A DNA stretch of 64,000 bases, from IMG/VR virus record IMGVR_UViG_3300008262_000099. One strand, given 5' to 3'. The notes below the pieces were generated by a model. The model was given only the letters and a program-made list of their open reading frames with translations. It was not told the DNA's origin and ran no database searches. Position numbers and translations under genes: made by a program. Shown here one piece after another: positions 10,425 through 20,201 of this stretch (position 1 is the stretch's first letter; every line of letters starts with the position of its first letter). This DNA comes from an uncultured virus (IMG/VR IMGVR_UViG_3300008262_000099) (Duplodnaviria; Heunggongvirae; Uroviricota; Caudoviricetes).

Positions 10425-10650
10425 CGGCAAACAAAGCTGTAAAGACGCAGACCCTGAACTATTTTTTCCAGATGACGAGGGGATGTACGCAGACTTAGAT
10501 AAAGCTAAGAGCATCTGCAAAGACTGTCCGCTCACCCTTGATTGCCTTGCATACGCAGTACGCCACCCAGAGTTAGAAGGTGTGTGGGGTGGCACAACAT
10601 CTAAGGATCGCAAATACCTACGTCGAAGGAGGGTACGTGTCACCACTTGA
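10393..10650 (+). CDS. whiB: WhiB-family transcription factor
   Basis: C..DPELFFP, CKDCP..C, GVWGG, basic tail. Confidence 0.9.
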   Translation: MDLYLETHPFNGKQSCKDADPELFFPDDEGMYADLDKAKSICKDCPLTLDCLAYAVRHPELEGVWGGTTSKDRKYLRRRRVRVTT

Positions 10651-10822
10651 TTTAAGAGATAAAGACAACCCTATACACGTATGTATTTGCGGATCAACTT
10701 TATGGAACCTAAAAGTCATGTTCGATGACTATGAGATATCGTTCTACTTCTTAGAAATGGAGTGTGCGGAGTGCGGAGCATTAGCTACAGCGCCTACGCC
10801 AATTGATCGTGTGGAGATTTAA
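10637..10822 (+). CDS. Small Zn-ribbon protein
   Basis: CICG...CAECG; GTG start after AAGGAGG. Confidence 0.55.
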   Translation: MSPLDLRDKDNPIHVCICGSTLWNLKVMFDDYEISFYFLEMECAECGALATAPTPIDRVEI

Positions 10823-11039
10823 ATATCTGTTTAAGCGAGCAATAAGCTTTGTAGAGTTCAACACAGGTCTGTGGAGAATTAGAAACTATATCTACACGGT
10901 TAAGTGTAAGCGTGGTAATCACGGGTTAGTAGCAGGAGTTCTACTTACAGACGATTACTTGTCTCCAGTAGATCATTATTACTGCATGCATTGCCATAAA
11001 GAGTGGAGCGTTGAAGAGTGGGAAGGCCGTAATGTATAG
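10803..11039 (+). CDS. Hypothetical protein (Cys/His motif)
   Basis: C...H and CMHC; fills the gap before primase. Confidence 0.45.
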   Translation: MIVWRFKYLFKRAISFVEFNTGLWRIRNYIYTVKCKRGNHGLVAGVLLTDDYLSPVDHYYCMHCHKEWSVEEWEGRNV

Positions 11040-12009
11040 AGAAGGGGATGTAGAACAAGCCCTACTTCGTTTAGGGTTAGACCACAAAGCTCAGCATCGT
11101 GATGAACTTACTGGCTGGTGCCCTATGCACTTGGAACGTACCGGCAGAGAAGACTTCAATCCATCCTGGTCTATTAATGTTGAGACCGGTGTCCACCACT
11201 GCTTTTCCTGTGGATACAAAGGAACATTACTAACTTTGGTGGCGGAAATACTTGATCTTAAAACTGAGTGGGGACGCTTAGATTTTGATGCTGCTAAAGA
11301 CTGGCTAAGAGCATCTATCCAAGTAGATCTAGATTTACTTATTAAGCATGTAGAGCAGATGCGTGAGTCATACGTATCTCTTCCTAGACCTGTAGAGATG
11401 AGCGAAGCTCGTTTAGCGGTATTTAATAGCGCTCCTGAATGGGCTTTGGCTGCCCGCAAACTAACAGCCACTGCCTGCTATAACTTTGGTGTTTTGTGGA
11501 ATGATAAACAGGAGTCCTGGATTACCCCCATACGTGACCCTAAAACTAACAAGCTTATGGGTTGGCAAGAAAAGGGTCAGAACTCCAGGCTATTTAGAAA
11601 CCGTCCTGCCGGCGTACAAAAATCAAAGACTTTATTTGGTCTTGACGTTTGGATGGGCGGAACTATGATTGTAGTTGAGTCTCCTTTAGACGCCGTATAT
11701 CTCTCTTCATTGAGAATTGGATCTGGTGTTTCAACTTTTGGAGCTTCTGTAAGCTCAGAACAGATCGATCTTATGCGACAGGCGGACAAGTTAATCCTTG
11801 CATTTGATAATCCCAAAGTAGATCCGGCTGGTGAGAAAGCATCCCTCGATATGTTTACTAGAATACGGTCATTAGGAATGGAGTGTTCCTTTTTTGCTTA
11901 CGGTGATAGCGGCAAGAAAGATATAGGGGATATGGCTTTAGAAGAAGTTCAAAATGGCATTAATAATGCCAAACATTTCGTATTCGGGGTAGAGGCCATA
12001 TACGCATGA
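11032..12009 (+). CDS. DNA primase (Zn finger + Toprim)
   Basis: CPMH...HCFSCG; VVESPLDA; FDN; KKDIGD. Confidence 0.9.
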   Translation: MYREGDVEQALLRLGLDHKAQHRDELTGWCPMHLERTGREDFNPSWSINVETGVHHCFSCGYKGTLLTLVAEILDLKTEWGRLDFDAAKDWLRASIQVDLDLLIKHVEQMRESYVSLPRPVEMSEARLAVFNSAPEWALAARKLTATACYNFGVLWNDKQESWITPIRDPKTNKLMGWQEKGQNSRLFRNRPAGVQKSKTLFGLDVWMGGTMIVVESPLDAVYLSSLRIGSGVSTFGASVSSEQIDLMRQADKLILAFDNPKVDPAGEKASLDMFTRIRSLGMECSFFAYGDSGKKDIGDMALEEVQNGINNAKHFVFGVEAIYA

Positions 12010-13568
12010 CATTTACAGGCACGTTACTCCCGTTTCAACCAGAAGCCGTTGAAGCTATGACTCGGCGGGGAAAGATGCTGGTTGCTTATGACTTAGGGCT
12101 GGGAAAGACAGTCCTTACAATTGCTGCGCTAGAACAGCTAATGGATAGCGGTTCCGTACGTGAGCCAGGAATTATAATCTGTCTTTCCAGCCTTAAATAT
12201 CAATGGGCAGAACAGATAAGGAAGTTTACCGATGGATCTTCAAACCCTTTGGTCATTGATGGAACGCCAAAGCAAAGAGCAGAGCAGTATGCGGAAGCCA
12301 TCGACTGGGGTCATTCGTTGGTGGATTACGTCATTCTTAACTACGAGCAAGTTGTTAACGACTGGGAGTATGTACGACAACTCCCTACAGGATTCATTGT
12401 CTGTGACGAAGCAACCGCAATTAAAAGCTTTAGATCAAAACGATCTAAATACATAAAGAAATTAAGTAGCGATTATAAGTTTGCCCTTACAGGTACCCCA
12501 GTAGAAAATGGAAAGCCTGAAGAGCTGTATAGCATAATGCAGTTTGTAGACAAAAGTGTTCTAGGTCGTTTTGATTTATTTGACCAAACATTTATTGTTA
12601 GAAATAGGTTTGGTGGCGTAGAGAGATACAGAAATCTTCCCGTACTTAACAAAACTCTTATGGAAGCTTGCGTACGTAAACGTCAAAGCGATCCTGATGT
12701 AGCCCCCTTCTTGCCAGAAACTATTAATGCCGAACCTATCCTTGTAGCTTTTGATTCAGCCGGTAAGAAGCTATATCAGTCTATAGTTTATGAACTATTA
12801 AATGATTTAGAAGAGGCTTTAGACTCCTACGGTGCATCATTTGATATTTTTGCACACTATGGTCAGGGAGAAAACTTTGATGGTGCCGACGCTATGCGTG
12901 GTAAAATTATGTCTAAACTTACTGCACTTAGAATGCTTTGCGACCACCCAGATCTACTTAGAAAGTCTGCCAAATCCTCTGCGTATGCTGAAGAGCTAAA
13001 GAACAGCGGTCGTCTAGATTCAGTGACTAAGTCGCCAAAATTATCTGCTTTAAAAGAATACGTTAATAACTTTTTATCAGAGTACGAAGGCAACAAAGTT
13101 GTTATTTTTACCAGCTATGTGCACATGGTAAATTTAATACGCGATGAGTTTATAATGGATTGGGCTAGTGCACCGTATACAGGAGAAATGAATGCTAAAC
13201 AAAAAGAAGAAGCAAAAGTTAAGTTTCAAACAGATCCTGAAGTTAGGATCCTTGTCAGCTCTGATGCTGGGGGTTATGGTGTGGATCTACCTCAAGCTAA
13301 TCTTCTTATTAACTACGATCTTCCGTGGAATGCCGGACTCGCACTTCAACGTAATGGACGAATCCGAAGAGCATCCAGCGAATGGGGATCTATAGTCATA
13401 CAGGATTTACTAATGGAGGGGTCGGTAGAAGAACGACAGCATGCAATGCTAGATCAAAAATTAGCAGTAGCTGGCGCTGTTGTAGATGGAGAGGGTATAG
13501 ATTCACAGGGCGGAATTAAGTTGACTGTGGGTTCACTTAGGGGGTTCTTACAAAATGTTTCCCTGTAA
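12006..13568 (+). CDS. SNF2-family helicase
   Basis: DLGLGKT, DEAT, LTGTPVEN, GYGVDL, QRNGRIRR. Confidence 0.9.
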   Translation: MTFTGTLLPFQPEAVEAMTRRGKMLVAYDLGLGKTVLTIAALEQLMDSGSVREPGIIICLSSLKYQWAEQIRKFTDGSSNPLVIDGTPKQRAEQYAEAIDWGHSLVDYVILNYEQVVNDWEYVRQLPTGFIVCDEATAIKSFRSKRSKYIKKLSSDYKFALTGTPVENGKPEELYSIMQFVDKSVLGRFDLFDQTFIVRNRFGGVERYRNLPVLNKTLMEACVRKRQSDPDVAPFLPETINAEPILVAFDSAGKKLYQSIVYELLNDLEEALDSYGASFDIFAHYGQGENFDGADAMRGKIMSKLTALRMLCDHPDLLRKSAKSSAYAEELKNSGRLDSVTKSPKLSALKEYVNNFLSEYEGNKVVIFTSYVHMVNLIRDEFIMDWASAPYTGEMNAKQKEEAKVKFQTDPEVRILVSSDAGGYGVDLPQANLLINYDLPWNAGLALQRNGRIRRASSEWGSIVIQDLLMEGSVEERQHAMLDQKLAVAGAVVDGEGIDSQGGIKLTVGSLRGFLQNVSL

Positions 13569-13577
13569 CATATTACT

Positions 13578-13721
13578 ATGCCTAATTCGCCTAAGACTCC
13601 GACGCGTACTATACGTGTCTCTAATGAGCTTTGGGCTGCTGTAAAAGAAAAAGCAGCTATTGAGGGAACGACCGTAACTCAGGTTATTATCGAAGCCCTC
13701 AAAAAATACATAGCGGAATAA
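13578..13721 (+). CDS. Ribbon-helix-helix DNA-binding protein (47 aa, not in ORF track)
   Basis: Translated by hand: MPNSPKTPTRTIRVSNELWAAVKEKAAIEGTTVTQVIIEALKKYIAE. Confidence 0.75.
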   Translation: MPNSPKTPTRTIRVSNELWAAVKEKAAIEGTTVTQVIIEALKKYIAE

Positions 13722-13797
13722 TCTTTACGCTATAATTGTTACACACCTAGACCCGCCGAACGGGGGTCTTTAACTAGTCTCGTCTAAGGAGAGAACT

Positions 13798-14289
13798 ATG
13801 TACCCAACCCCAAATGGAAAAGACTGGCGCCCAAAAGATTGGGAAACGCCAAGATCAAAACTACCGGCATCTATGCCACCAACCCTCTCAACCCTTTTCC
13901 CCAACATTAATCGTTGGGCAATTGGCTTTGATCCCCTGTTTGAAACTTTAAAGGAGATCAGTAAAGAGGTAAAAACCACTACCTATCCTCCCTATAACCT
14001 TTATAAACAGGGGGAAACCTACACTCTAGAGTTAGCTGTGGCAGGCTTCACAAAAGAAGATTTGCAACTTACCGTAAAAGAGAATATTCTTACGGTGTCT
14101 GGAGAAAAAACCTCTGAGCCAGAAGCTGCGGTTTACCGCGGAATCGCAGCCAGAGATTTTGAACAGGACTTTGTATTACAAGAGTATGTCAAAATTAAAA
14201 GCGCTGAGCTTAAAGATGGTATGCTTCGTATTACATTGGAACAGGAATTGCCAGAGGATAAGAAAGCAAAATCTATCCAAATTAAATAG
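13798..14289 (+). CDS. Hsp20 / IbpA-like small heat shock protein
   Basis: IGFD, YPPYNL, LAVAGF, RGIAAR, A.LKDGML. Confidence 0.92.
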   Translation: MYPTPNGKDWRPKDWETPRSKLPASMPPTLSTLFPNINRWAIGFDPLFETLKEISKEVKTTTYPPYNLYKQGETYTLELAVAGFTKEDLQLTVKENILTVSGEKTSEPEAAVYRGIAARDFEQDFVLQEYVKIKSAELKDGMLRITLEQELPEDKKAKSIQIK

Positions 14290-14306
14290 CCAAACAAGGA
14301 GGGCAC

Positions 14307-14744
14307 ATGGCAACAGTAGAAAAACCATCACGTGACGTATCCCCCAAAGGTTTACTAGGAACGGTAAAACAATACGTAAATCTAAAGCGTCGGATTGATG
14401 ATCTGACTAAAGAGCAGAGCGTACTTAAAACGGAGCTTTCAGATCTTGTAGACAAACAAGGTGAGACAGACGATAAGGGACACGTTTGGCTTCCTCTTCC
14501 AGAAGAAGTAGATGGCGTTGTATCTCTTAAGCGGGAACGCAGAGTTTCACAAAGTCTTGATATGGATGCAGCAATTCTAATTCTTACTCAAAAAGGATTA
14601 GCAGATCGCTGTATCAAGCCTATCCCAACAGTTGCTGAGGATGAGGTTATGGCTGCACTCTATGAGGGAAAACTCACAGAGGAAGATGTGGACGCTATGT
14701 TTCCAAAGAAAATTACGTGGGCGTTTATTACAAGTAAATCATGA
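14307..14744 (+). CDS. Hypothetical coiled-coil phage protein
   Basis: SD AAGGAGG; 145 aa. Confidence 0.5.
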   Translation: MATVEKPSRDVSPKGLLGTVKQYVNLKRRIDDLTKEQSVLKTELSDLVDKQGETDDKGHVWLPLPEEVDGVVSLKRERRVSQSLDMDAAILILTQKGLADRCIKPIPTVAEDEVMAALYEGKLTEEDVDAMFPKKITWAFITSKS

Positions 14745-15211
14745 GCGACGAAGTAGACAAACTGTTTAGTGACCTGGACGATTACTATCCGGGATCAAAA
14801 CGTAAGCGTCGGGAACCAAACCCTAACGCTAAACCTGTAAAACAGCTGTCTACTGCCTGGGATTCAGAGCCCCAACTGAAGACTCTTCCTAACGGAAAGA
14901 GTATAGAATTGTTCAGTGCCGGGGCTCTGTCCCTGGCGCTAAACAGACCGCTGGTTACGCTTAGGTTGTGGGAACGTAAGGGGTACATACCTCGTGCACC
15001 CTATAGACTTAAGTCAGTGATTGTAGATGGTGTAAAGAAGCCAGGATGGCGGATGTACAGCAGAGCAATTATTGAAACCACCATTGAAAGCTTTCAATCT
15101 AGAGAGCTCTTAGGAGCCCCTCGGGTTGATTGGAATCGATATCCAGATCTATCAATTGAGTTGATGGAAAAATGGAGTAAGATTCACTCTCAAGAAACAG
15201 CCGTTTCTTGA
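14741..15211 (+). CDS. MerR-like HTH DNA-binding protein
   Basis: TLRLWERKGYIP...WRMYS. Confidence 0.65.
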   Translation: MSDEVDKLFSDLDDYYPGSKRKRREPNPNAKPVKQLSTAWDSEPQLKTLPNGKSIELFSAGALSLALNRPLVTLRLWERKGYIPRAPYRLKSVIVDGVKKPGWRMYSRAIIETTIESFQSRELLGAPRVDWNRYPDLSIELMEKWSKIHSQETAVS

Positions 15212-15262
15212 ATTTGACCTATGACCAATGATCCTATGATCCTATGAAAGGAGTACCCCAGA

Positions 15263-15973
15263 ATGGGTATTCGAATTGAAAAGACAGAAACACCTAACTT
15301 AGACAGTTATGTTGACGCACAACCTCACACACCTTCAGCATCTGAGCTGGAGGAAATTTTTACCCAAGAAGATGAAAACGATACAACTAATCGCTCTTCT
15401 TCAATCCAAAGTGGTTGGGCTGCTGCAAAGAAAGCAGTAGCTAAATCTAATCAGAAGTACGCTACTGATTTTAGATTTGAAGAAGACGTTAAGCTAATCA
15501 AATTTATTTCTGGAGAGCCAATGACTTTTATGCAGCATTGGGTAAATCGTCAAGGAAAAAAATCATTCATTAGTATTGGAGAAGGAGATCCATTAATCGC
15601 AGTAGGAAGCGTACCTTCACAGAAGTTTGCTTTTACTGTTCTAAATCTATCTGAAGAAGAACCACAACTTCAGTTGATGATTGTTGGCGTTCGTCTATGT
15701 GGACAACTTGAGAAGTTGCACATGGATAAAAAGACTGGACCACTTGACCGCTCAGATCTTTACTGGGCAGTGAGCAAGTCTGGTACTGGAACCAAGACCG
15801 CGTACTCTATTACTCCTGTTAAAGAGCGCGATCTTGCTGATGACTGGGACATCGACCCTGTCGCAGCTGCAGAGCTAATTAAACCCCTCAAGCCACTTGG
15901 CCCGGATGCCCTCTACATCCCGAGTAAGTCCGAGTTGGAAGAGGTAGCTCGAGAACTAGCTGGACAGGCATAA
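15263..15973 (+). CDS. Single-stranded DNA-binding protein (gp32-like)
   Basis: QHWV, SKSGTGTKTAYSITP; immediately upstream of polA. Confidence 0.65.
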   Translation: MGIRIEKTETPNLDSYVDAQPHTPSASELEEIFTQEDENDTTNRSSSIQSGWAAAKKAVAKSNQKYATDFRFEEDVKLIKFISGEPMTFMQHWVNRQGKKSFISIGEGDPLIAVGSVPSQKFAFTVLNLSEEEPQLQLMIVGVRLCGQLEKLHMDKKTGPLDRSDLYWAVSKSGTGTKTAYSITPVKERDLADDWDIDPVAAAELIKPLKPLGPDALYIPSKSELEEVARELAGQA

Positions 15974-15984
15974 CCAATCATCGT

Positions 15985-16036
15985 TGTTAGGAGCCGGGTT
16001 TTGTTTAACCTCCTTTCTCTTCCCCGGCTCCTAACA
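15985..16036 (+). promoter_or_regulatory. 14-bp hairpin in the polA leader with anti-SD-like loop
   Basis: TGTTAGGAGCCGGG / CCCGGCTCCTAACA; loop contains ACCTCCTTTCT. Confidence 0.6.
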
Positions 16037-16052
16037 CTTAAACAGGAGACCC

Positions 16053-18029
16053 ATGAATATTATTACGACCACTAAACAGTTACAAGAATTAGTTTCAGCC
16101 TATGAACAAGTAGATGCTTTTGCATTTGACGTCGAGAGCATGGGCGATCACAGAGGAGATCCACGACAAAACGTTGTTGTATGGATATCTTTAGCAACAC
16201 ATGACAGAGTAGATGTCATACCTATGGGACATCCCAACGGAGATTTTTTGCGTGTTGAATATCCACTACTGCCTTCCGCACACGCACGAGTGCTTAAAGG
16301 ACTAGAGCTTCGTCCTATCGATTACAGTAAAGATGAACGTAAGGCTAAGCGCATCTTTAGTGAGCCACCCAAGCAATTAACTCCAGCTGAAGTCTTTTCA
16401 GCATTGAAACCATTATTTTTAAGTGACAAGATTAAAGTCGGTCATAACTTAAAGTTTGATCTACAAAGCATTACAAAGTATTTGGGGCAGTTACCTGCAC
16501 AGCCTTACGCTTGTACCCTTAATGCAGCGTTTATATTAGATAACCAAGTTCGCAACAGTTTAGGTCTTGACGATTGCCTTGAGCGTGAGTTTAAATACAA
16601 TATGGTTAAGGGAGTCGGAGCTCACGTAGAGTCTCACAGCTTTGATGAGGTTGCTAAATACTCAGCCTTGGATGCCGAGTGGACCTGGAAGCTTTACTTA
16701 AACTACTCAGATCGTTTAAAAATTGATGGATTACAAGGTATTTTTGCTTTAGAGATGGACGTACTAGAGGTTATTTGCAACATGGAGCTGCGGGGAGCAG
16801 ACATCGATGTTAGTGAGCTTTCTTCTCTTAAGATTAACTTAGAAGAGCAGCTAGAACAAACTAAGGCAGATATATATAAAAATGCCGGCAAAGCTTTTAA
16901 TATCAACAGTGTTCCAGAAAAACAAAAGCTTTTGTATTCTCCCAAAACAGTTGGGGGACGAGGACTAAAGCCAAAGGTATTAACTCCGGCAGGACAGAAG
17001 AGAATCGATCAGGGTCTTACACCAACAGTTGCCGACTACTCAGTTGCTGAGCCGGCTCTACAGGCTTTTGCTGGTAAGGATGAGTTAGTAGATAGCCTTA
17101 TTCAGTACTCTGATTTAAATAAGTTGTTGACTACCTATGTGATTCCCTACCTTGGTGGGGATATAACTAGAACTTTAGGCGGCAAATCAAAGATTGTTGC
17201 TAAGAAGGCTTTGCTTAATAAAGGCCGAATTCATACAGACTTTGTTCAGTATGGGGCAGAGACAGGTCGATTTTCTAGTAGAAATCCAAACCTACAAAAT
17301 GTGCCAGCACCACACACCGCCAATGGAAAAGCTATTAGAAATCTGTTTGTAGCGCCAGAAGGTCATCAGCTAGTTGTTGCTGACTATAGTCAGATTGAGC
17401 CTAGAGTTATTGCATCCTTTAGTGGGGACCGTATTATGTGCGAGGCATATCTTAACGGGGAGGATATCTATACCACTATCGGAGATACTATGGGTGTAGA
17501 TAGAAAAGCTGGAAAGGTTCTTGTCTTATCCCTAGCTTACGGTGTTGGCCCAGATAAAATCTCTACATCGATTGGGTGTTCTTTATCGGAAGCAAAAGAA
17601 TTACTTGATGAGTTTTCCAGAAAGTTTCCCTCTGTTTCTAGGTATAAACGACTAGTTATAGCTGAAAGCAAGCGTCAGTCTCCCATACCTTACGCCAGCA
17701 CTCTTTTAAAGAGGCGCAGGTATTTGCCTGATCTTAGATCCTCAGAAATTTGGAAGCGTTCTCGTGCTGAACGTCAAGCTTTTAACACGGTTATACAGGG
17801 GTCGGCAGCTGACCTAATTAAACTTGCTATGATTAGGGCTAACAAAATGATCCCGGAAGGGGCAGGCCTTATTCTTACGGTACACGATGAGTTAGTTACA
17901 GTAACGCCAGCAGATGTTGCTGAGCAAACAGCTGAAGCAATTCGTCAAGCTATGGAAGGCATCAAAGCATTGAACATACCTTTGTTAGCAGATGTAAAGG
18001 TAGTAAATAGATGGGGAGAGGCAAAGTGA
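16053..18029 (+). CDS. polA: Family A DNA polymerase with 3'-5' exonuclease
   Basis: FDVE, HNLKFD, YSALD; TGRFSSRNPNLQN, DYSQIE, QGSAAD, VHDE. Confidence 0.95.
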   Translation: MNIITTTKQLQELVSAYEQVDAFAFDVESMGDHRGDPRQNVVVWISLATHDRVDVIPMGHPNGDFLRVEYPLLPSAHARVLKGLELRPIDYSKDERKAKRIFSEPPKQLTPAEVFSALKPLFLSDKIKVGHNLKFDLQSITKYLGQLPAQPYACTLNAAFILDNQVRNSLGLDDCLEREFKYNMVKGVGAHVESHSFDEVAKYSALDAEWTWKLYLNYSDRLKIDGLQGIFALEMDVLEVICNMELRGADIDVSELSSLKINLEEQLEQTKADIYKNAGKAFNINSVPEKQKLLYSPKTVGGRGLKPKVLTPAGQKRIDQGLTPTVADYSVAEPALQAFAGKDELVDSLIQYSDLNKLLTTYVIPYLGGDITRTLGGKSKIVAKKALLNKGRIHTDFVQYGAETGRFSSRNPNLQNVPAPHTANGKAIRNLFVAPEGHQLVVADYSQIEPRVIASFSGDRIMCEAYLNGEDIYTTIGDTMGVDRKAGKVLVLSLAYGVGPDKISTSIGCSLSEAKELLDEFSRKFPSVSRYKRLVIAESKRQSPIPYASTLLKRRRYLPDLRSSEIWKRSRAERQAFNTVIQGSAADLIKLAMIRANKMIPEGAGLILTVHDELVTVTPADVAEQTAEAIRQAMEGIKALNIPLLADVKVVNRWGEAK

Positions 18030-18460
18030 GGCTATTTAGACGTAAGAAGAAAAGGATTACAGTAACGCAGGTTCCTCTTCCAGTGCTTATGCGACAAGTT
18101 ATTTACGACACTATGCTTACTCCTCCTGAAGGTATAGCTGATGCAATGGGCCTACCTCCCATCTCCGACGAAGTCTCAGAAATGGAAGAACAAGATAGTC
18201 AAGCTAGACTTTCTAGGATGGGAGCACTACTGCCCCTAATTGATTCTCATGCAGATTTATGTGCAAAGATAACTACTGCAGCGTATATGTTGGATGATTC
18301 CTCAGGAGATCCTGACGCTTTGAGCGAAAAGGATGCAGCCCAACTTCACGAATTATTTAGACTGGTATCTCTATCGGCTGCGGTCTCTTGCGTATCAACT
18401 CTATTTTCATTAGGATTAATTGACTCAAAGCTATTAGTAGATGAGGAAGACTATGAGTAA
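18026..18460 (+). CDS. Hypothetical protein
   Basis: GTG start overlapping the polA stop. Confidence 0.5.
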   Translation: MRLFRRKKKRITVTQVPLPVLMRQVIYDTMLTPPEGIADAMGLPPISDEVSEMEEQDSQARLSRMGALLPLIDSHADLCAKITTAAYMLDDSSGDPDALSEKDAAQLHELFRLVSLSAAVSCVSTLFSLGLIDSKLLVDEEDYE

Positions 18461-18839
18461 TGCAAATTGGTGGAACAAAAAATTAGGTAATCCAAACGCC
18501 GTACCTACTACACCTCCAACAAGTCCATTGCCGGGCAATGTATACCGCCCCACTACCCAGCAACCTAACGTTCAAGTTTCTTACGATCCAAACCAAGATC
18601 AGCTAGTTACTAGAGCTGCTAGCGCAAGAGATACTGAACGTTGTCCAAACTGTACATCAGGAAATTACATGGCGCCTCAAGGCACTCAACGTAAACGCTG
18701 CTATGATTGCGGCTACCCATTAGTTCAAGCTGGTAGCGGTGTTGGTGGTACCGGGTCCGAAGGTCCAGTAACTCCAGCAAAACAACCAGCACAAGGAAGC
18801 GGATTCAACCCCACTGTAATCGTAGATAGGATCGGGTAA
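18453..18839 (+). CDS. Hypothetical Zn-ribbon protein
   Basis: CPNC...CYDCGY. Confidence 0.55.
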   Translation: MSNANWWNKKLGNPNAVPTTPPTSPLPGNVYRPTTQQPNVQVSYDPNQDQLVTRAASARDTERCPNCTSGNYMAPQGTQRKRCYDCGYPLVQAGSGVGGTGSEGPVTPAKQPAQGSGFNPTVIVDRIG

Positions 18840-19894
18840 TGACCATGACAATTAATTCAGATGCACTAAAAATTGCGGCATCTATTAACAAAAAACTAGG
18901 AAACAACACCGTAGTTACTGCCTCAGAAATGAGATTACCTAAAAGAATTACTACCGGTTCTCTTACACTTGACGTAGTTCTAGGTGGGGGCTGGCCTATG
19001 AATCATTGGGTTGAAGTAGTTGGTGAGGCATCTCACGGCAAGACAGCTATTGCGCTGAAAACTATTGCAGCTAATCAAAAAGCAAATGCAGACTTTACTG
19101 CTGTATGGGTAGCTGCTGAAAACTTTGACGCAGAATACGCACAGATGTGCGGAGTCGATACCTCTAGGGTACTGATTGTAGAAACAAATAGTATGGAGGA
19201 TGCATTTGACGCTGTTATTCAGTTTTGTGAGTCTAAGTCTGTTGACATGGTTGTCATCGACTCTTTACCTGCTCTTGTACCCTCGGCTGAGGATGAGAAA
19301 ACTATGGAGGAGTTTACGGTCGGACGCGGAGCTATGCTTACAAATAAGTTCTTCCGTAAGGTTGCAGCTGCTACAAAGCGCGATCTCGTCGAAGACGAAC
19401 GCCCAATCTTAGGAATTATGATCAACCAATATAGAATGAAGATCGGAGTGATGCACGGTGACCCGCGTACAACGCCGGGAGGACTCGGCAAAGACTACGC
19501 ATACTCGATTCGTTGTGAAGTCAAACGAGACGAGTGGCTCGAAGTCGGTACTGGACAAGATAAGCGACGTGTTGGACAAACTATTCGCGTTCGGACCATC
19601 AAAAACAAAACCTTTCCACCGCAACAAACGGCGTACCTAGACTTTTATTTTTCGGACGGTGGGGCAATCGATGCAGGTCATTATGATTCTGCTAAAGAGA
19701 TTGTTGCTTTATCGATTCTAAATGGGATCGTAGACCGCCGTGGAGGTTGGATGTATTACGGAGAGCGTAAGTGGCAGGGTACCCAAGCCCTCCTAGACTC
19801 TCTGCGAGAAGAAGTTGACCTACAGCAGGAGATTAGCCGGGCTGTTATGGATACTCTTAAGACCAAGCCAATCTTGATGCTCGATGGAGAGTAG
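18839..19894 (+). CDS. recA: RecA recombinase
   Basis: TGSLTLD..LGGG.P, GEASHGKT, VIDS, INQ.R.KIG.MHGDP.TTPGG. Confidence 0.95.
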   Translation: MTMTINSDALKIAASINKKLGNNTVVTASEMRLPKRITTGSLTLDVVLGGGWPMNHWVEVVGEASHGKTAIALKTIAANQKANADFTAVWVAAENFDAEYAQMCGVDTSRVLIVETNSMEDAFDAVIQFCESKSVDMVVIDSLPALVPSAEDEKTMEEFTVGRGAMLTNKFFRKVAAATKRDLVEDERPILGIMINQYRMKIGVMHGDPRTTPGGLGKDYAYSIRCEVKRDEWLEVGTGQDKRRVGQTIRVRTIKNKTFPPQQTAYLDFYFSDGGAIDAGHYDSAKEIVALSILNGIVDRRGGWMYYGERKWQGTQALLDSLREEVDLQQEISRAVMDTLKTKPILMLDGE

Positions 19895-20201
19895 GGGTAA
19901 AAAAGAGTCCCTAAAGCACGAGAAGAGGCTAGCCAAAAAAATAGGCGGGCAACGCAGTGCTGCTTCGGGGGCGTTTTGGTCTCGTAAAGGGGATGTAAGA
20001 AACGACAGCCTCCTCATAGAGCATAAGTGGACTGGAAAAAAACAGGTCACCATTAAGTCTGAAGTGCTCAAGAAGATCACCAAAGAGGCGATCCTGGATA
20101 GTCGTAAACCAGTGCTAGGATTACACCTAGACGGTGAGAATTATGTAGTCCTATTAGAGGAGGATTTTTTTGAGCTGCACAACTTAATAGTGGGAGACTG
20201 A
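19884..20201 (+). CDS. Holliday junction resolvase-like PD-(D/E)XK nuclease
   Basis: HE..LA, SGA...KGDV...IEHK. Confidence 0.75.
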   Translation: MESRGKKESLKHEKRLAKKIGGQRSAASGAFWSRKGDVRNDSLLIEHKWTGKKQVTIKSEVLKKITKEAILDSRKPVLGLHLDGENYVVLLEEDFFELHNLIVGD

